A DNA stretch of 64,000 bases from an uncultured Acidobacteriota bacterium (GCA_963803515.1 CAWDMQ010000002.1:78163-142162), one strand, 5' to 3'. Positions 18,204 to 28,671 are shown, numbered from the stretch's first letter. Notes: generated from the letters alone by a model not told the origin. Translations and numbers: made by a program.

Positions 18204-18995
18204 ATGGATTTAGGTCTTACCGGGCGTGTCGCGATTGTCGCCGCGGCCAGCAAGGGATTGGGCCGCGCCGTGGCCATGGAACTGGCTCGCGAAGGCGCGG
18301 ACGTGACGGTGTGTGCCCGCAGCGAGGCGAATCTCGCCGCAGCGGTTGCAGCCATCCGCCAAGTGACCGGGCGCACCGTGGCCAGTGAAGCGCTCGATGT
18401 CACCGATGCGGACGCGGTGGCGCGCCTGGTCGCGAGCGTCGAGCGCCGTTCGGGTCGGGTGGACATTTGTGTGATCAACGCTGGAGGTCCTCCTTCCAAG
18501 GCGTTCCTCGATACTTCGCCGGCCGAGTGGCGCGCCGCCTTTGATCTCACGCTCATGAGCGCGGTCTCGTTCGCGCGAGAGGTTTTGCCGCGCATGCAGA
18601 AAAATCGCTGGGGCCGAGTCGTGACGATTACCTCGATGTCCGTGAAGCAGCCGATTGACGGGCTGATGCTGTCGAATTCGCTGCGCGCCGGTGTCGCCGG
18701 AATGGCGCGAACCCTTGCCAACGAATTTGGCTCCTACGGCATCACTGTTAACAATGTCTGCCCCGGTTATACCCTTACCGAGCGGCTTGCAGGGCTGCTG
18801 GACGGCCGGGCGCGCCAGGAAGGGGTTACGCGGGAAGCCATGCTCACCAAAGTCGCCTCGCAGGTGCCCGCCGGACGCATCGGAACGCCCGAGGAGTTTG
18901 CGGCGGTGGTGGCGTTTTTGGTCTCCGAGCGGGCCAGTTACATCAATGGCGCAACCATTCCGGTGGATGGCGGTTACGTTCGCAGCCTGTTGTGA
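18204..18995 (+). CDS. SDR-family oxidoreductase (3-oxoacyl-ACP reductase-like)
   Basis: VAIVAAASKGLGRAVA cofactor motif and the classical SDR layout. Start at ATG 18204 (MDLGLTGR); the ORF opens at 17952. Confidence 0.85.
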   Translation: MDLGLTGRVAIVAAASKGLGRAVAMELAREGADVTVCARSEANLAAAVAAIRQVTGRTVASEALDVTDADAVARLVASVERRSGRVDICVINAGGPPSKAFLDTSPAEWRAAFDLTLMSAVSFAREVLPRMQKNRWGRVVTITSMSVKQPIDGLMLSNSLRAGVAGMARTLANEFGSYGITVNNVCPGYTLTERLAGLLDGRARQEGVTREAMLTKVASQVPAGRIGTPEEFAAVVAFLVSERASYINGATIPVDGGYVRSLL

Positions 18996-19071
18996 CCTGA
19001 ACTCGTGCCAGGTACTTGCGTGCTAACCCTCCGGCCAAAAACGGTGTTTTCCTGCCCCTGAAAATGGCGCT

Positions 19072-21927
19072 ATGCAGAGAGCGCGCGTAGAACAATTGGA
19101 GAAACGACAAATGTTTAGCGACACGAATTGCGGAGAGAGTGTCTGCGCGACGGAAGCGGTGCCGCCGTTCGCGTTTCGTTTGCAGTGCCATTTCCGCCGC
19201 ATAACGCGACGCGTGGCTAATGGCGCGGCCATCGCTCTCGTCTTTCTCTTTGTGGCCGCCTTCGCAGGCCCCGCGCGCGCCGATGAGCCCTTCGCTCCCA
19301 CCCGCGAATATCATTTGCAAAACGCCCGAATCGAATTGCGCTTCGACCTGGATCAGAAACAGGTTTTTGGGCAAGTGACGCACACTGTTTCCGCATTACA
19401 CGACGGTTTGCGGCAACTCGATTTCGATTCCGTCGCACTCGAGATTTCGAGCGTGCGCGTGAATGGCAAAGATGCACACTTCTCGACCGACGCGTCTAAG
19501 CTGCACATCGATCTCGAGCGCCCGAGCGCATCCGGCCAGAAATATGAAATTGCGATTCGTTACCAGGGCAAGCCGAAAAAGGGTTTGTACTTCATACTTC
19601 CTGATAAGAGTTACCCCGGCCAGCCCAAGGAAGTGTGGACCCAGGGGGAGGCCGAAGATACGCGGTACTACATCCCTATCTACGATTATCCCAACGATCG
19701 CACCACGACGCAGATGATCGTAACCGTGCCACTCGATTGGGTCACCGTGTCGAACGGAAAGCTCGAGAGTGTTGTCGACGCGGCCGGCGGCATGAAGACG
19801 TGGACGTGGCGGCAGGACCTGCCGATCTCCACATATTTGATTTCACTTGTTGCCGGGGAATTTGACGAGAGCAAGGAAACGTGGCGCAACATCCCGGTGG
19901 ACTACTACGTGCCGCACGGCGAACGCGACCGCATCGCGCCGACGTTCGCGCATACGCGCGATATGCTGACGTATTTTTCAGGGCGCTTGGGCGTGCCTTA
20001 TCCGTGGGTTAAATACGACCAGTCGGTCGTGGATCAATTCGTCGAAGGCGGCATGGAAAACGTCAGCGCCACCACCCTGACGACGCGAGGCCTATTGCAT
20101 CCATTGCTGGCCGGCGAAAGCCTTGAAGGCTCCGATAACCTTATCTCCCACGAGATGTCGCATCAGTGGTTTGGCGATTTGGTGACCACCAAGGATTGGG
20201 CCAACCTTTGGCTGAACGAAGGTTTCGCCACGTTCATGGCGCAAATGTGGGAGGAGCATCAGTACGGCGTCGATAATGCCGATTATTCCCGGTGGCGTTC
20301 CCAGGCGGGCTGGCTGCGACAGGGTCGGCTGTCCACGGTGCCCATCGTAACGCGCGACTTCAATGACTCGATGAAGTATGCCGGCAATATCTACGGCAAA
20401 GCGGGGCTGGTTCTCGAGATGCTTCGCGAGCAACTCGGTGATGAGACTTTTTTTCGCGGTTTGCAGCACTACCTGGAAGTGAACCGGCTCGGCAACGTGG
20501 TTACTTCCGATCTGATCAAAGCGCTCGAGGAATCCACGCACACGAATCTCGATCGCTTTTTCGATGAATGGATTTTTGGCGCGGGTGCGCCGCGATTTAC
20601 GGTTGACACCACTTACGATTCCACTGCGAAATTGCTGCGCGTGCAAGTCAAGCAGACGCAGGACGTCCGCGGCTCTGTCGGACTGTTTGACGTGCCCGTC
20701 ACCATCGGCGTGACCACGGCGCAGGGTTCCAAGGACTTTCCCATTCATGTTTCGAAAGCCGACGAGACGTTTTCGCTTCCCGCCGCATCCGAGCCGCTGA
20801 TGGTGCTTTTTGACAAGGACGACAAAGTTTTGAAAACCGTCGAGTTTCACAAATCGTCCGCGCAATGGATCTACCAGTTACAGAACGCCCCGCACGTCCC
20901 GGACCGGGCCGACGCGGCCAAGGCGCTCGGCAGCGAGGGCGGACAAGATGCCGTGGTGCAAGCGCTGGGCGACGCGGCGGTGCGCGATTCTTTTTGGGGC
21001 GTGCGTGTGGAATCGCTTCTAGCGCTGGGCCGGCTGGGCGGGGAGGCGGCGGAGAACCGCGTGCTGGCCGCGCTCAATAATTCCGACCCGTGGGTGCGCG
21101 ACGTAGCGGTTGCGCAGTTGGGCCACTTCCATGACGACGCGGTACTCGTTCCGCGGCTTACGGAAATTTTCCATAATGATGCCGCTTTTCGCGTGCGGGC
21201 TGCCGCGCTCTCCGCTCTGGGAGATACGAAGGCCACTGGCGCGCGCGACACACTCGAAAGCGCCGCGAAAACCGATTCTCCCGACGACGTGATTCGGCGC
21301 GCCGCCCTGCGGGCCATGGGATTGCTCGGTGATGATCGGTCGGCACGGACGCTGCTCGATTGGTCGTCACCAGGCAAGCCGGTGCGCCTCCGCGCGGTGG
21401 CTATCGGCAGTCTCGCCCGTCTGGATAAGACGAACGAAAACATCGAATCGCAACTGATTGCGTATCTGAAAGATGAAAATTTCGAGATTCGCTTTGCGGC
21501 GCTCGCAGCTCTGGGTGAGCGTGGCGATCCCGCCGCCATCGCTCCCTTGACTGCGCTGCTCAACAGCAACGACATGACCTCTGGCCTTGAGCCCGTGATC
21601 GAGGATCAGTTGGCGCGCCTCAAAGCTCCACAAGCTGCTCGTAGTGGGGAGGAATCGGCATCCGCCTCGCCCGCGACGCCGGCGGGGAATTCTGCTCCCG
21701 TTCCGCAGGGCAATCCCGCGCCCAACCAGCGTGCAGCGCAGCAGGGTGCGAGAGCGACAGATGCGAGATCCTCAGACGCGAGATCCTCGGACGCGCAAGC
21801 GCGTGATACACAATCAGTGGACGCGCAACTCGTGGAGCGGCTCGATCGGCTCGAGCGCACCATGACCGAAATGAACGATCGCCTCAAGCGCATCGAGCAG
21901 GAAATACCCGCTAAAACGAGTCAGTAG
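19072..21927 (+). CDS. M1-family zinc aminopeptidase (aminopeptidase N-like) with C-terminal HEAT/PBS-lyase-type repeats and a low-complexity coiled tail
   Basis: GAMEN-like GGMENVS, zinc motif HEMSHQWFGD...WLNEGFATF, then repeated ...VR.AA..ALG... HEAT-like units. The tail contains the tandem ARSSDARSSDA. The exact start is uncertain (candidates at 19072 and 19111). Confidence 0.85.
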   Translation: MQRARVEQLEKRQMFSDTNCGESVCATEAVPPFAFRLQCHFRRITRRVANGAAIALVFLFVAAFAGPARADEPFAPTREYHLQNARIELRFDLDQKQVFGQVTHTVSALHDGLRQLDFDSVALEISSVRVNGKDAHFSTDASKLHIDLERPSASGQKYEIAIRYQGKPKKGLYFILPDKSYPGQPKEVWTQGEAEDTRYYIPIYDYPNDRTTTQMIVTVPLDWVTVSNGKLESVVDAAGGMKTWTWRQDLPISTYLISLVAGEFDESKETWRNIPVDYYVPHGERDRIAPTFAHTRDMLTYFSGRLGVPYPWVKYDQSVVDQFVEGGMENVSATTLTTRGLLHPLLAGESLEGSDNLISHEMSHQWFGDLVTTKDWANLWLNEGFATFMAQMWEEHQYGVDNADYSRWRSQAGWLRQGRLSTVPIVTRDFNDSMKYAGNIYGKAGLVLEMLREQLGDETFFRGLQHYLEVNRLGNVVTSDLIKALEESTHTNLDRFFDEWIFGAGAPRFTVDTTYDSTAKLLRVQVKQTQDVRGSVGLFDVPVTIGVTTAQGSKDFPIHVSKADETFSLPAASEPLMVLFDKDDKVLKTVEFHKSSAQWIYQLQNAPHVPDRADAAKALGSEGGQDAVVQALGDAAVRDSFWGVRVESLLALGRLGGEAAENRVLAALNNSDPWVRDVAVAQLGHFHDDAVLVPRLTEIFHNDAAFRVRAAALSALGDTKATGARDTLESAAKTDSPDDVIRRAALRAMGLLGDDRSARTLLDWSSPGKPVRLRAVAIGSLARLDKTNENIESQLIAYLKDENFEIRFAALAALGERGDPAAIAPLTALLNSNDMTSGLEPVIEDQLARLKAPQAARSGEESASASPATPAGNSAPVPQGNPAPNQRAAQQGARATDARSSDARSSDAQARDTQSVDAQLVERLDRLERTMTEMNDRLKRIEQEIPAKTSQ

Positions 21928-21963
21928 GCGTCGGCAGTATCTGGCTGACGGCGTGCAAATCCG

Positions 21964-23607
21964 TTATTCCGCGAGCAGGACGCGAAGATCGCGGAGATTA
22001 TTTCCGGTTGGTCCCGTTTCGATGGTGTCTTCCAGCCTGCGAAAAAAATTGTAGGAGTCGCTGCGTTGCGCGAATTCCCCGGGATCGAGGCCGCATACAG
22101 CCGCACGCGCCAGCGTTTGTTCGTCCGCCACGGCACCCGCCGCCGGACTTGAGCCATCTTTGCCATCGGTTCCAGCGCTTAGAACGGCGATTTTCTTTCG
22201 CGCAATGTGGATGTTGTCGCCAGCAATTTGTCCCGCAGGGTGACGTGTGATCTCCGCGATTTTTCGGGCACACGCGAGCACGAACGCCGAATTTCTTCCG
22301 CCGCTCCCGGTGCCGGTAACGCGTGAACTCACTTCCCCATCGGCAATTACGGCGACGCGCCGTCCGGGATGCGCGCTGGCGAGGTGCGCTAGCTCTTGCA
22401 GCAGGTAATCGGCCGCGCGGGCGAGTGGCCAGTCGTCGGTGGCGTTGTCGCAAACCGTGACAAATCCCTGGGCTTCCGCCGCGCGATGCGCGTGATGAAA
22501 CAGATCGCGCATTCCGAGCAGCAGTGTGAAATGGGAACGCGCAAAAGCCGCGTCGCCTGCCTTGGGAGTTTCGGGAATGTCTCCCGGATGGTCGAACTTC
22601 GCGCGAATCGCGGCAGGCAGTTTCGATGACAGCGCGTAATGCTCGACCACGTGGCGCGCATCGGAAATGGTGCTCGGGTCGGGAATCGTCGGGCCGGATC
22701 CCAGCGCCGACTCGCAACCGACGGGAACGTCCGTCACTCCCAGCGTCAACTTCATCGCCTCGGGCGCGGCAGCGGCCAGCCGTCCTCCTTTTACCGCGGA
22801 CAGGTGCTTGCGTACGGCATTTATTTCATCGATGGAAGCGCCGCAACTCACCAGCAGTCCGTGCAGTTCACGCATTTCCGCCAGCGTAATTGTGGGGTCA
22901 AGCGGTAATTCGACGAGCGATGAACCACCACCGGAAAGCAGAAAAAATACCAGCGTGCGCGCGTCGCATGCACGCAATAAATCGAGAATCGCCCGCGCTC
23001 CTCGCAGACTGCCTTTGTCGGGCAATGGATGTCCGGCGCGAATGATTTGGAATCCCGCCAAGTCGACCGGCGCCTCCGCGGGAATTAGCTGATTGACCGA
23101 CCGTGCGCTTTCCTGCGGCGTGGCCTCGTGCTCGGCGGAGTTGCGCGGTGCGCTGGCTGCGGCGGCCTGCGCAGCGATACTGATATTTGGAGTAAGCACG
23201 ATGGTCGAATCAGTGACAAGGTGTGAACTCCCGACCATGTTTGGAGCAACGATGTGGGGACCCACGACGACGCCTTCCACGCCCCAATCATGGCCAATCA
23301 CACTCATTAGGCCGCGGGTCATCTCCACGGAAGCTTTACCAAACGCGACCACGCGGATGCGCTCGTATGCCGCGAGATCTACGCTGAAGTTTGCGTTTCC
23401 ACTCATCGCTGGCTCGATCGGCCCCTCGAAGTCTCCGGTGAGCGCCATCTCGATCGCGCTCTCGGGCGGGCCGTCAAGCCCCGCGAAATTTCTGACCGAC
23501 AGGCGGGAGCCCGTGAGGGTTAACTTTCGTTGCATGGTTTCGGCGATGGCGACGCCGGCGAGTGTTTGATGGAAGATGAGGCGCGCCAACTGCTTCAGGT
23601 CGGACAT
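21964..23607 (-). CDS. glycerate 2-kinase (DUF4147 + MOFRL; often annotated hydroxypyruvate reductase TtuD)
   Basis: N-terminal DUF4147-like region (VVAFGKASVEM), a C-terminal MOFRL region (LLSGGGSSL..., AGTDGKDGSSPAAGA, GPTGNNLRDLRVLL), and a low-complexity insertion of about 60 aa in the middle. Confidence 0.75.
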   Translation of the reverse strand: MSDLKQLARLIFHQTLAGVAIAETMQRKLTLTGSRLSVRNFAGLDGPPESAIEMALTGDFEGPIEPAMSGNANFSVDLAAYERIRVVAFGKASVEMTRGLMSVIGHDWGVEGVVVGPHIVAPNMVGSSHLVTDSTIVLTPNISIAAQAAAASAPRNSAEHEATPQESARSVNQLIPAEAPVDLAGFQIIRAGHPLPDKGSLRGARAILDLLRACDARTLVFFLLSGGGSSLVELPLDPTITLAEMRELHGLLVSCGASIDEINAVRKHLSAVKGGRLAAAAPEAMKLTLGVTDVPVGCESALGSGPTIPDPSTISDARHVVEHYALSSKLPAAIRAKFDHPGDIPETPKAGDAAFARSHFTLLLGMRDLFHHAHRAAEAQGFVTVCDNATDDWPLARAADYLLQELAHLASAHPGRRVAVIADGEVSSRVTGTGSGGRNSAFVLACARKIAEITRHPAGQIAGDNIHIARKKIAVLSAGTDGKDGSSPAAGAVADEQTLARAAVCGLDPGEFAQRSDSYNFFRRLEDTIETGPTGNNLRDLRVLLAE

Positions 23608-23818
23608 ATGCAGAGTTGTGCGAATTTATTCGCGGGCCGGGCGTTCATTCGATACAAGGTTGCGCGCGGCGGCACGGCAACGGGCGGCGTGGGAATGCCC
23701 GTGTGGCGCGGTGCACGAAACGCGGAGCACAGCGATCTTTTGTGCAGTGAAATGCGCCCCACGTTAAGCTGCTGCCCGAGGCATGCGCGCCCACGCTTCG
23801 TGGAGTTAAGCGGCCGCT

Positions 23819-24253
23819 TCACGCGCCGGCCAAAGCACGGACGCCCGCCTCGGCGACGTCCACGTCTTGATCCTCATTGCCGTTGCTGACGCCGATGGCT
23901 CCTACGCATACTCCATCAGTTTCGAGCGGCAGCCCGCCCCGCAGCGGGATTTGCCGGCCGTGGCTGCTGATTGCCAAGCCGAGCGACACGGCTACATTCA
24001 CCTGCTCGCCATTGCGCACGGGGCCGGTGGGTTTGCGGCGGATCGCGGCGCAATGCGCCTTGGCAATGGCGATTTCCACCGACGATAGTTTCGCGCCGTC
24101 CATACGCGAGAAGGCCAGCAGATGGCCGCCGTCGTCCACGACCGCGATATCCATGGGCAAATCAATTTCGATCGCGCGCCGTTCGGCGGCGGCGAGCACC
24201 GCCTTCGCGCCCTCGAGCGTCAGCCGCGGTGTGTTGCGGGTCACAAGCGTCAT
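23819..24253 (-). CDS. GlcG/HbpS-family (DUF336) haem-binding-like protein
   Basis: 144 aa with the family pattern ...VAVVDDGGHLLAFSRMDGA...IAIAKA...GGLPL...G..VGAIGVSG. 4-nt overlap with the upstream dehydrogenase gene. Confidence 0.8.
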   Translation of the reverse strand: MTLVTRNTPRLTLEGAKAVLAAAERRAIEIDLPMDIAVVDDGGHLLAFSRMDGAKLSSVEIAIAKAHCAAIRRKPTGPVRNGEQVNVAVSLGLAISSHGRQIPLRGGLPLETDGVCVGAIGVSNGNEDQDVDVAEAGVRALAGA

Positions 24254-25239
24254 AAGAAAGTCCTCCCTTCCAGGATGCCGGGATTCAGAATGTTGGGCGG
24301 CCGGCGGCCGTCGAACAGCGCAATTACATTTTCGACCGCAATCATGGCCATCTTGGTTCTCGTTTCGGTGGAGGCCGAAGCGAGGTGCGGCGCCAGAATA
24401 ACATTCGACCGGCGCAGGCCGTCACCGATCCGCGGCTCGTTTTCATAGACGTCGAGCGCCGCACCGGCAATCGTCTTGGTTTCGAGCGCAGCGACCAACG
24501 CGGCTTCCTGCACCACCGGTCCGCGGGAAGTGTTGATCAGGAAGGCGGAGGCCTTCATTCGTGCAACTTCCTCGCGGCCGATCATTCCGCGCGTTTCCGG
24601 AAGCAGCGGCACGTGCAGCGAGAGAAAATCGGATTGCGCCAGAACCTGATCGCGCTCGAGAAATTCCGCGCCCAGCTCCCGTTCCAGCTCTGCGGTGGCA
24701 CGCGTGGCATCGTTATATACCACGCGCATGTTAAAGCCGCGCGCGCGTCGCGCCACCGCGCGGCCGATGCGCCCGAATCCCAGGATGCCCAGGGTTTTTC
24801 CCCAAACGTCCGCGCCGCACAATTGATCGAGATTCCAGCCGTGCCATTTGCCGGAGCGGGCCAGCGCGTCACCCTCAAGCAATCGTCGCGCGACCGCGAG
24901 CAGAAGCGTCCACGCGAAATCGGCCGTGGTCTCGTCCAACACTCCGGGTGTGTTGCTTGCGGCGATATAGCGACGCGTACATGCGTCGAGATCGATGTTA
25001 TCGAATCCGACTGCCACGTTGGCGACGATGCGCAACTTAGGCGCCGCGGCCAGCAATTCGTCATCGATTTTTTCGGTCAGCAAGCAGATCAAGGCGTCCT
25101 GGTCCGCTACCCGTTGCAAGACTTCAGAGCGTGACGGGCGCTCGGCGTCGGTCCAGTATTCGGCCGCGAACCGCTCGGCAATTCTCTGGCGCGGCGTCTC
25201 GAAGAGTGCGTGGGTCGAAAATAGTTTGGGCTTAGCCAT
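24250..25239 (-). CDS. D-isomer-specific 2-hydroxyacid dehydrogenase (glyoxylate/hydroxypyruvate reductase-like)
   Basis: GILGFGRIGRAVARR NAD motif, a catalytic R/E/H layout (SRGPVV...E..L, LAPHLASAS), 329 aa. Confidence 0.85.
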   Translation of the reverse strand: MAKPKLFSTHALFETPRQRIAERFAAEYWTDAERPSRSEVLQRVADQDALICLLTEKIDDELLAAAPKLRIVANVAVGFDNIDLDACTRRYIAASNTPGVLDETTADFAWTLLLAVARRLLEGDALARSGKWHGWNLDQLCGADVWGKTLGILGFGRIGRAVARRARGFNMRVVYNDATRATAELERELGAEFLERDQVLAQSDFLSLHVPLLPETRGMIGREEVARMKASAFLINTSRGPVVQEAALVAALETKTIAGAALDVYENEPRIGDGLRRSNVILAPHLASASTETRTKMAMIAVENVIALFDGRRPPNILNPGILEGRTFL

Positions 25240-25321
25240 TCATGTATCCATCTATGTATTCCCGGTGCTGCGTCTCCAAATTTGGAGAGTGAGATTCGCA
25301 GAAGCTCCGCAGAGTAACATA

Positions 25322-25347
25322 TCTGCAATGCGCGTCTGCAATGCGCG
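25322..25347. repeat. perfect tandem 13-bp repeat abutting the glcD promoter -35
   Basis: TCTGCAATGCGCG at 25322-25334 and again at 25335-25347, immediately followed by TTGACG. Confidence 0.7.
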
Positions 25348-25376
25348 TTGACGACACCTTGCGCGGTGGCTATAGT
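25348..25376 (+). promoter_or_regulatory. candidate sigma70-type promoter of glcDEF
   Basis: TTGACG (25348-25353), 17-nt spacer, TATAGT (25371-25376), 95 nt upstream of the glcD GTG. Confidence 0.5.
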
Positions 25377-25418
25377 GGCCGAAGAACCTCCCGCACCTCG
25401 CCGCCGATGTACACTGAT

Positions 25419-25458
25419 AACGTAAACTGATCGATGCAAGCCGACCAACGTAAACTGA
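25419..25458. repeat. two copies of AACGTAAACTGA in the glcD 5' untranslated region
   Basis: AACGTAAACTGA at 25419-25430 and 25447-25458, 28 nt start to start. Confidence 0.6.
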
Positions 25459-25471
25459 AGGACGCACACTC

Positions 25472-26932
25472 GTGAACGCCGAACTGATTCGCGAACTCGA
25501 GCACCTTTTAGGAGCCGCCGGAGTCCTGGCTGGCGCCGAAGATTTGCTGTTGTACGAGTACGACGGTTCGATTGACGAAGCGCGCCCCGATTGCATCGTT
25601 TTCCCGCGCAGCACGCACGACGTGGTCGAAATCGTGAAGCTGGCCAATCGTTACGACATGCCCCTGGTGGGACGCGGCTCCGGCACGGGCCTTTCCGGCG
25701 GCGCGATTGCGCGGCGGGGAGGCATCGTCGTCACATTTTCACGGATGAAACGCATCCGCGAAATCGATGTCGTTAATCAGCGCGCCGTTGTCGAACCCGG
25801 CGTCGTGAATCTGGACCTGACGCGTGCCGTCGAAAAATACGGCCTCTATTTTGCGCCAGACCCTTCCAGCCAGAAAGCGTGCACGATCGGGGGTAACGTT
25901 GCGGAAAATTCCGGCGGTCCGCACACGCTGGCGTACGGCGTGACGTCGCGCCACGTGACCGAGCTCGAGTTGGTGCTTCCGGATGCGCGGGTTTTGCGCG
26001 TGGGAAGCCGCGCGTTGGAGACGCCTGGTTACGATCTGACGGGGCTGGTCGTCGGCTCCGAAGGAACGTTCGCGCTGGTCACCGAAATCACGGTGAAGCT
26101 CTCACGTTTGCCCGAAGAGGTGGCGACACTGCTGGGTGTTTTCGATACGGTGGAAGATGCTACCGACACCGTTGCGGAGATCACTTCGCGCGGCATTACT
26201 CCCGCCGCGTGCGAAATGCTCGATGCCTGGACGCTGCGCGCCGTGGAAGCTTTTGTTCACGCGGGATTTCCGCTCGACAGCGCGGCGGTGTTGCTGATCG
26301 AGGTGGAAGGCGTGCGCGAGGCTGCGGAAGCACAGGCGGCGGAGATTGCCGAAGTGTGCCGGGTGCACCACGCGCGAGAAGTGCGGCGCGCCGCCGATGG
26401 ACGCGAGCGCGAATTGCTCTGGAAAGGCCGCAAAAACGCCTTTGGCGCGATTGGCCGCCTTTCGCCCTCTTATTACGTGATGGATGGCGTGATCCCGCGC
26501 ACCAAATTGACGGTCACGCTGCGGCACATTGCGGAAGTAGGAAACCGCTACGGGCTGCAAATCGGCAATGTATTTCACGCGGGAGACGGCAACCTGCACC
26601 CGCTAATTTTGTTCGATCAGCGCGATCCCGCGCAGCTCGCGAGCGCGATTGCGGCCGCAGGGGAAATCATGAAGTTTTGCGTGGAGATGGGTGGCGCGCT
26701 TACGGGTGAGCACGGCATTGGCATGGAAAAAAGCGAGTTGATGCCGCTGATGTTCTCCGATGCGGACCTGGACTTGATGCGGCGCGTACGCGCGGCGTTT
26801 AATCCTACGGGACGCCTGAATCCGGACAAAGTCCTGCCGCTGGGAAAGGGCTGCGGCGAAACGCGCGTAAATGTCGCGCAGGTTACCGCGGGCGGAACTG
26901 CCGGGACGGCTTCGTCGTACGCGCGCACGTGA
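25472..26932 (+). CDS. glcD: glycolate oxidase subunit GlcD (FAD-linked oxidase)
   Basis: FAD-binding PCMH domain (VVPRSTHDVVEIVKLANRYDMPLVGRGSGTGLSGGA) and a C-terminal FAD-oxidase domain (GDGNLHP, GEHGIG). Followed by glcE and glcF. Confidence 0.85.
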   Translation: MNAELIRELEHLLGAAGVLAGAEDLLLYEYDGSIDEARPDCIVFPRSTHDVVEIVKLANRYDMPLVGRGSGTGLSGGAIARRGGIVVTFSRMKRIREIDVVNQRAVVEPGVVNLDLTRAVEKYGLYFAPDPSSQKACTIGGNVAENSGGPHTLAYGVTSRHVTELELVLPDARVLRVGSRALETPGYDLTGLVVGSEGTFALVTEITVKLSRLPEEVATLLGVFDTVEDATDTVAEITSRGITPAACEMLDAWTLRAVEAFVHAGFPLDSAAVLLIEVEGVREAAEAQAAEIAEVCRVHHAREVRRAADGRERELLWKGRKNAFGAIGRLSPSYYVMDGVIPRTKLTVTLRHIAEVGNRYGLQIGNVFHAGDGNLHPLILFDQRDPAQLASAIAAAGEIMKFCVEMGGALTGEHGIGMEKSELMPLMFSDADLDLMRRVRAAFNPTGRLNPDKVLPLGKGCGETRVNVAQVTAGGTAGTASSYART

Positions 26933-27102
26933 TGAAGGGATTGCAACGCCCATATCGGCGCGCGGGAATTGTTTTCTTTCCATGATTTTCCCGCGCACCA
27001 GACGCTGCGACGCGATAGCTGCCCGATGACCGCTCCAGGGGGGACCGATAACTGCTTGAGGAGCGCTCGATAACTGCCCGAGGATTCCCCGATGATGCGC
27101 CG

Positions 27103-28671
27103 ATGACCGACAGCGCCACACGTCTCACCGCGTCGAGCATGACAACCGGCGCTGCATTACGTTTACCTGATTTAGTCGGCGCGGAACACGTTCTCGTGGG
27201 GCCCGCGCTCTGCGCGCCTTACGAGGTGGATGGATGTCAGCCTGCGGCTGTCCTGCGTCCCGGTTCCGCGGAAGAGATTGCGGAGATTTTGCGTTTTGCC
27301 GCAGGGGAGCGGCTCGCGGTGATACCGATGGGCGGGCGCACTAAGGTCGCGATGGGGATGCCTCCGCAGCGGTTCGATGTGGCGCTCGATCTTTCGCGGA
27401 TGTCGCGGGTACTCGCTTACGATCCCCGAGATCTTACGTGTGGCGTGGAAGCGGGCGTGCGTTTTGCCGATCTCGCGGGACTGCTTGCGGGCGAGCGCCA
27501 ATTTCTGCCGCTGGCTCCGGCATTCGCCGCGCGCGCAACGCTGGGAGGCATTGTCGCTGCCGGCGCGGATTCGCCGCTGCGGCACGCCTATGGCAGCGCC
27601 AGGGATTATCTGCTTGGCGTCGAATTTATCACCGGGGATGCAGTACCGTCGAAAAGCGGCGGCCGCGTGGTCAAAAACGTCACCGGGTACGACCTGCATA
27701 AATTGCTGATTGGCTCGCTGGGCACGCTGGCCGTGATCACGCGATTGAATTTCCGCACATTTCCGCTGCCGCCGGAGCAAGGGACATTCGTGGCGTCATT
27801 CTCGAGCGCTGATGCGGCGCTCGGGTGGTGCGCGGCTATTGCGAAGTCTCCGCTCGAGCCGAGAATGGTCGAGGTGCTTGACTCCGGAACGGCGCGGCTA
27901 TTTGCGCAGAGCTACCGAGGATTGGCGGCTGAGGGCTGGTGCGTGGTGGTCAATGTGGCCGGGCATCGCGCCGTTGTCGAGCGTCACGCGCGCGATCTCG
28001 GGCGGCTTGCAGGCGAAAAAAAGGCGCGGGAATTTGTCAGCGTCGATGCAGCGGAACAGGGTGCTCTGTTCCGCTGCATCAGCGAGTTTCCGAGTCTGGT
28101 CCTCGAAAACTTTCCCGATGCGGCGATCTTTCGCATGGCGGTTCTGCCGTCCGCAATGCCGGAACTGCTGCGCCGGGTAGGCGAACTGTTGGAGCGCGTG
28201 CCCGTGGACACGAATGGTGAAGGGCAAACGACAGCACGCAATGCCCTGAATCGGGCAACACTGGTGCGCGCCTCGGGCGTCGTATATGTCGCGCTGCTGC
28301 CTGCGAACGACGGCGCTCATGCGGATGGTGCTGGAGGCTCGAGCGCAGGAGTTACCAGTGCTGATCGGGCTCACGGGGCTCACGGCGAGCACGGGGTACA
28401 TGTAGCCCATGAGGCCACTCGCACTGGGGATGGCGGCGAGGCGCACCTGCACCTGCTGCAAGCTTGCCGTGACTTGATGGATGTAGGCGTGGCGATGGGT
28501 GTACGGCCCGTGATCGAGCGGTGTTCGCTGGCGGTGAAGCGCGCGCTCGCGGCAGAGGGGCGATCGATCTGGCCGCCGCCCGGCGCGGAGCACGTGCTCG
28601 CCGAACGTTTGAAAAAAGTGTTTGATCCGCACGGCATTCTCGCGCCGGGCCGTTTTCAAGGAGGAATCTGA
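27103..28671 (+). CDS. glcE: glycolate oxidase subunit GlcE (FAD-binding), unusually long because of a His/Gly/Ala-rich insertion
   Basis: FAD-binding PCMH-type domain (IPMGGRTKV..., VKNVTGYDLHKLLIGSLGTLAVI), position between glcD and glcF. At 522 aa it is clearly longer than the GlcE length I recall for E. coli (about 350 aa); the insertion is ANDGAHADGAGGSS...HGAHGEHGVHVAHEA. Confidence 0.7.
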   Translation: MTDSATRLTASSMTTGAALRLPDLVGAEHVLVGPALCAPYEVDGCQPAAVLRPGSAEEIAEILRFAAGERLAVIPMGGRTKVAMGMPPQRFDVALDLSRMSRVLAYDPRDLTCGVEAGVRFADLAGLLAGERQFLPLAPAFAARATLGGIVAAGADSPLRHAYGSARDYLLGVEFITGDAVPSKSGGRVVKNVTGYDLHKLLIGSLGTLAVITRLNFRTFPLPPEQGTFVASFSSADAALGWCAAIAKSPLEPRMVEVLDSGTARLFAQSYRGLAAEGWCVVVNVAGHRAVVERHARDLGRLAGEKKAREFVSVDAAEQGALFRCISEFPSLVLENFPDAAIFRMAVLPSAMPELLRRVGELLERVPVDTNGEGQTTARNALNRATLVRASGVVYVALLPANDGAHADGAGGSSAGVTSADRAHGAHGEHGVHVAHEATRTGDGGEAHLHLLQACRDLMDVGVAMGVRPVIERCSLAVKRALAAEGRSIWPPPGAEHVLAERLKKVFDPHGILAPGRFQGGI

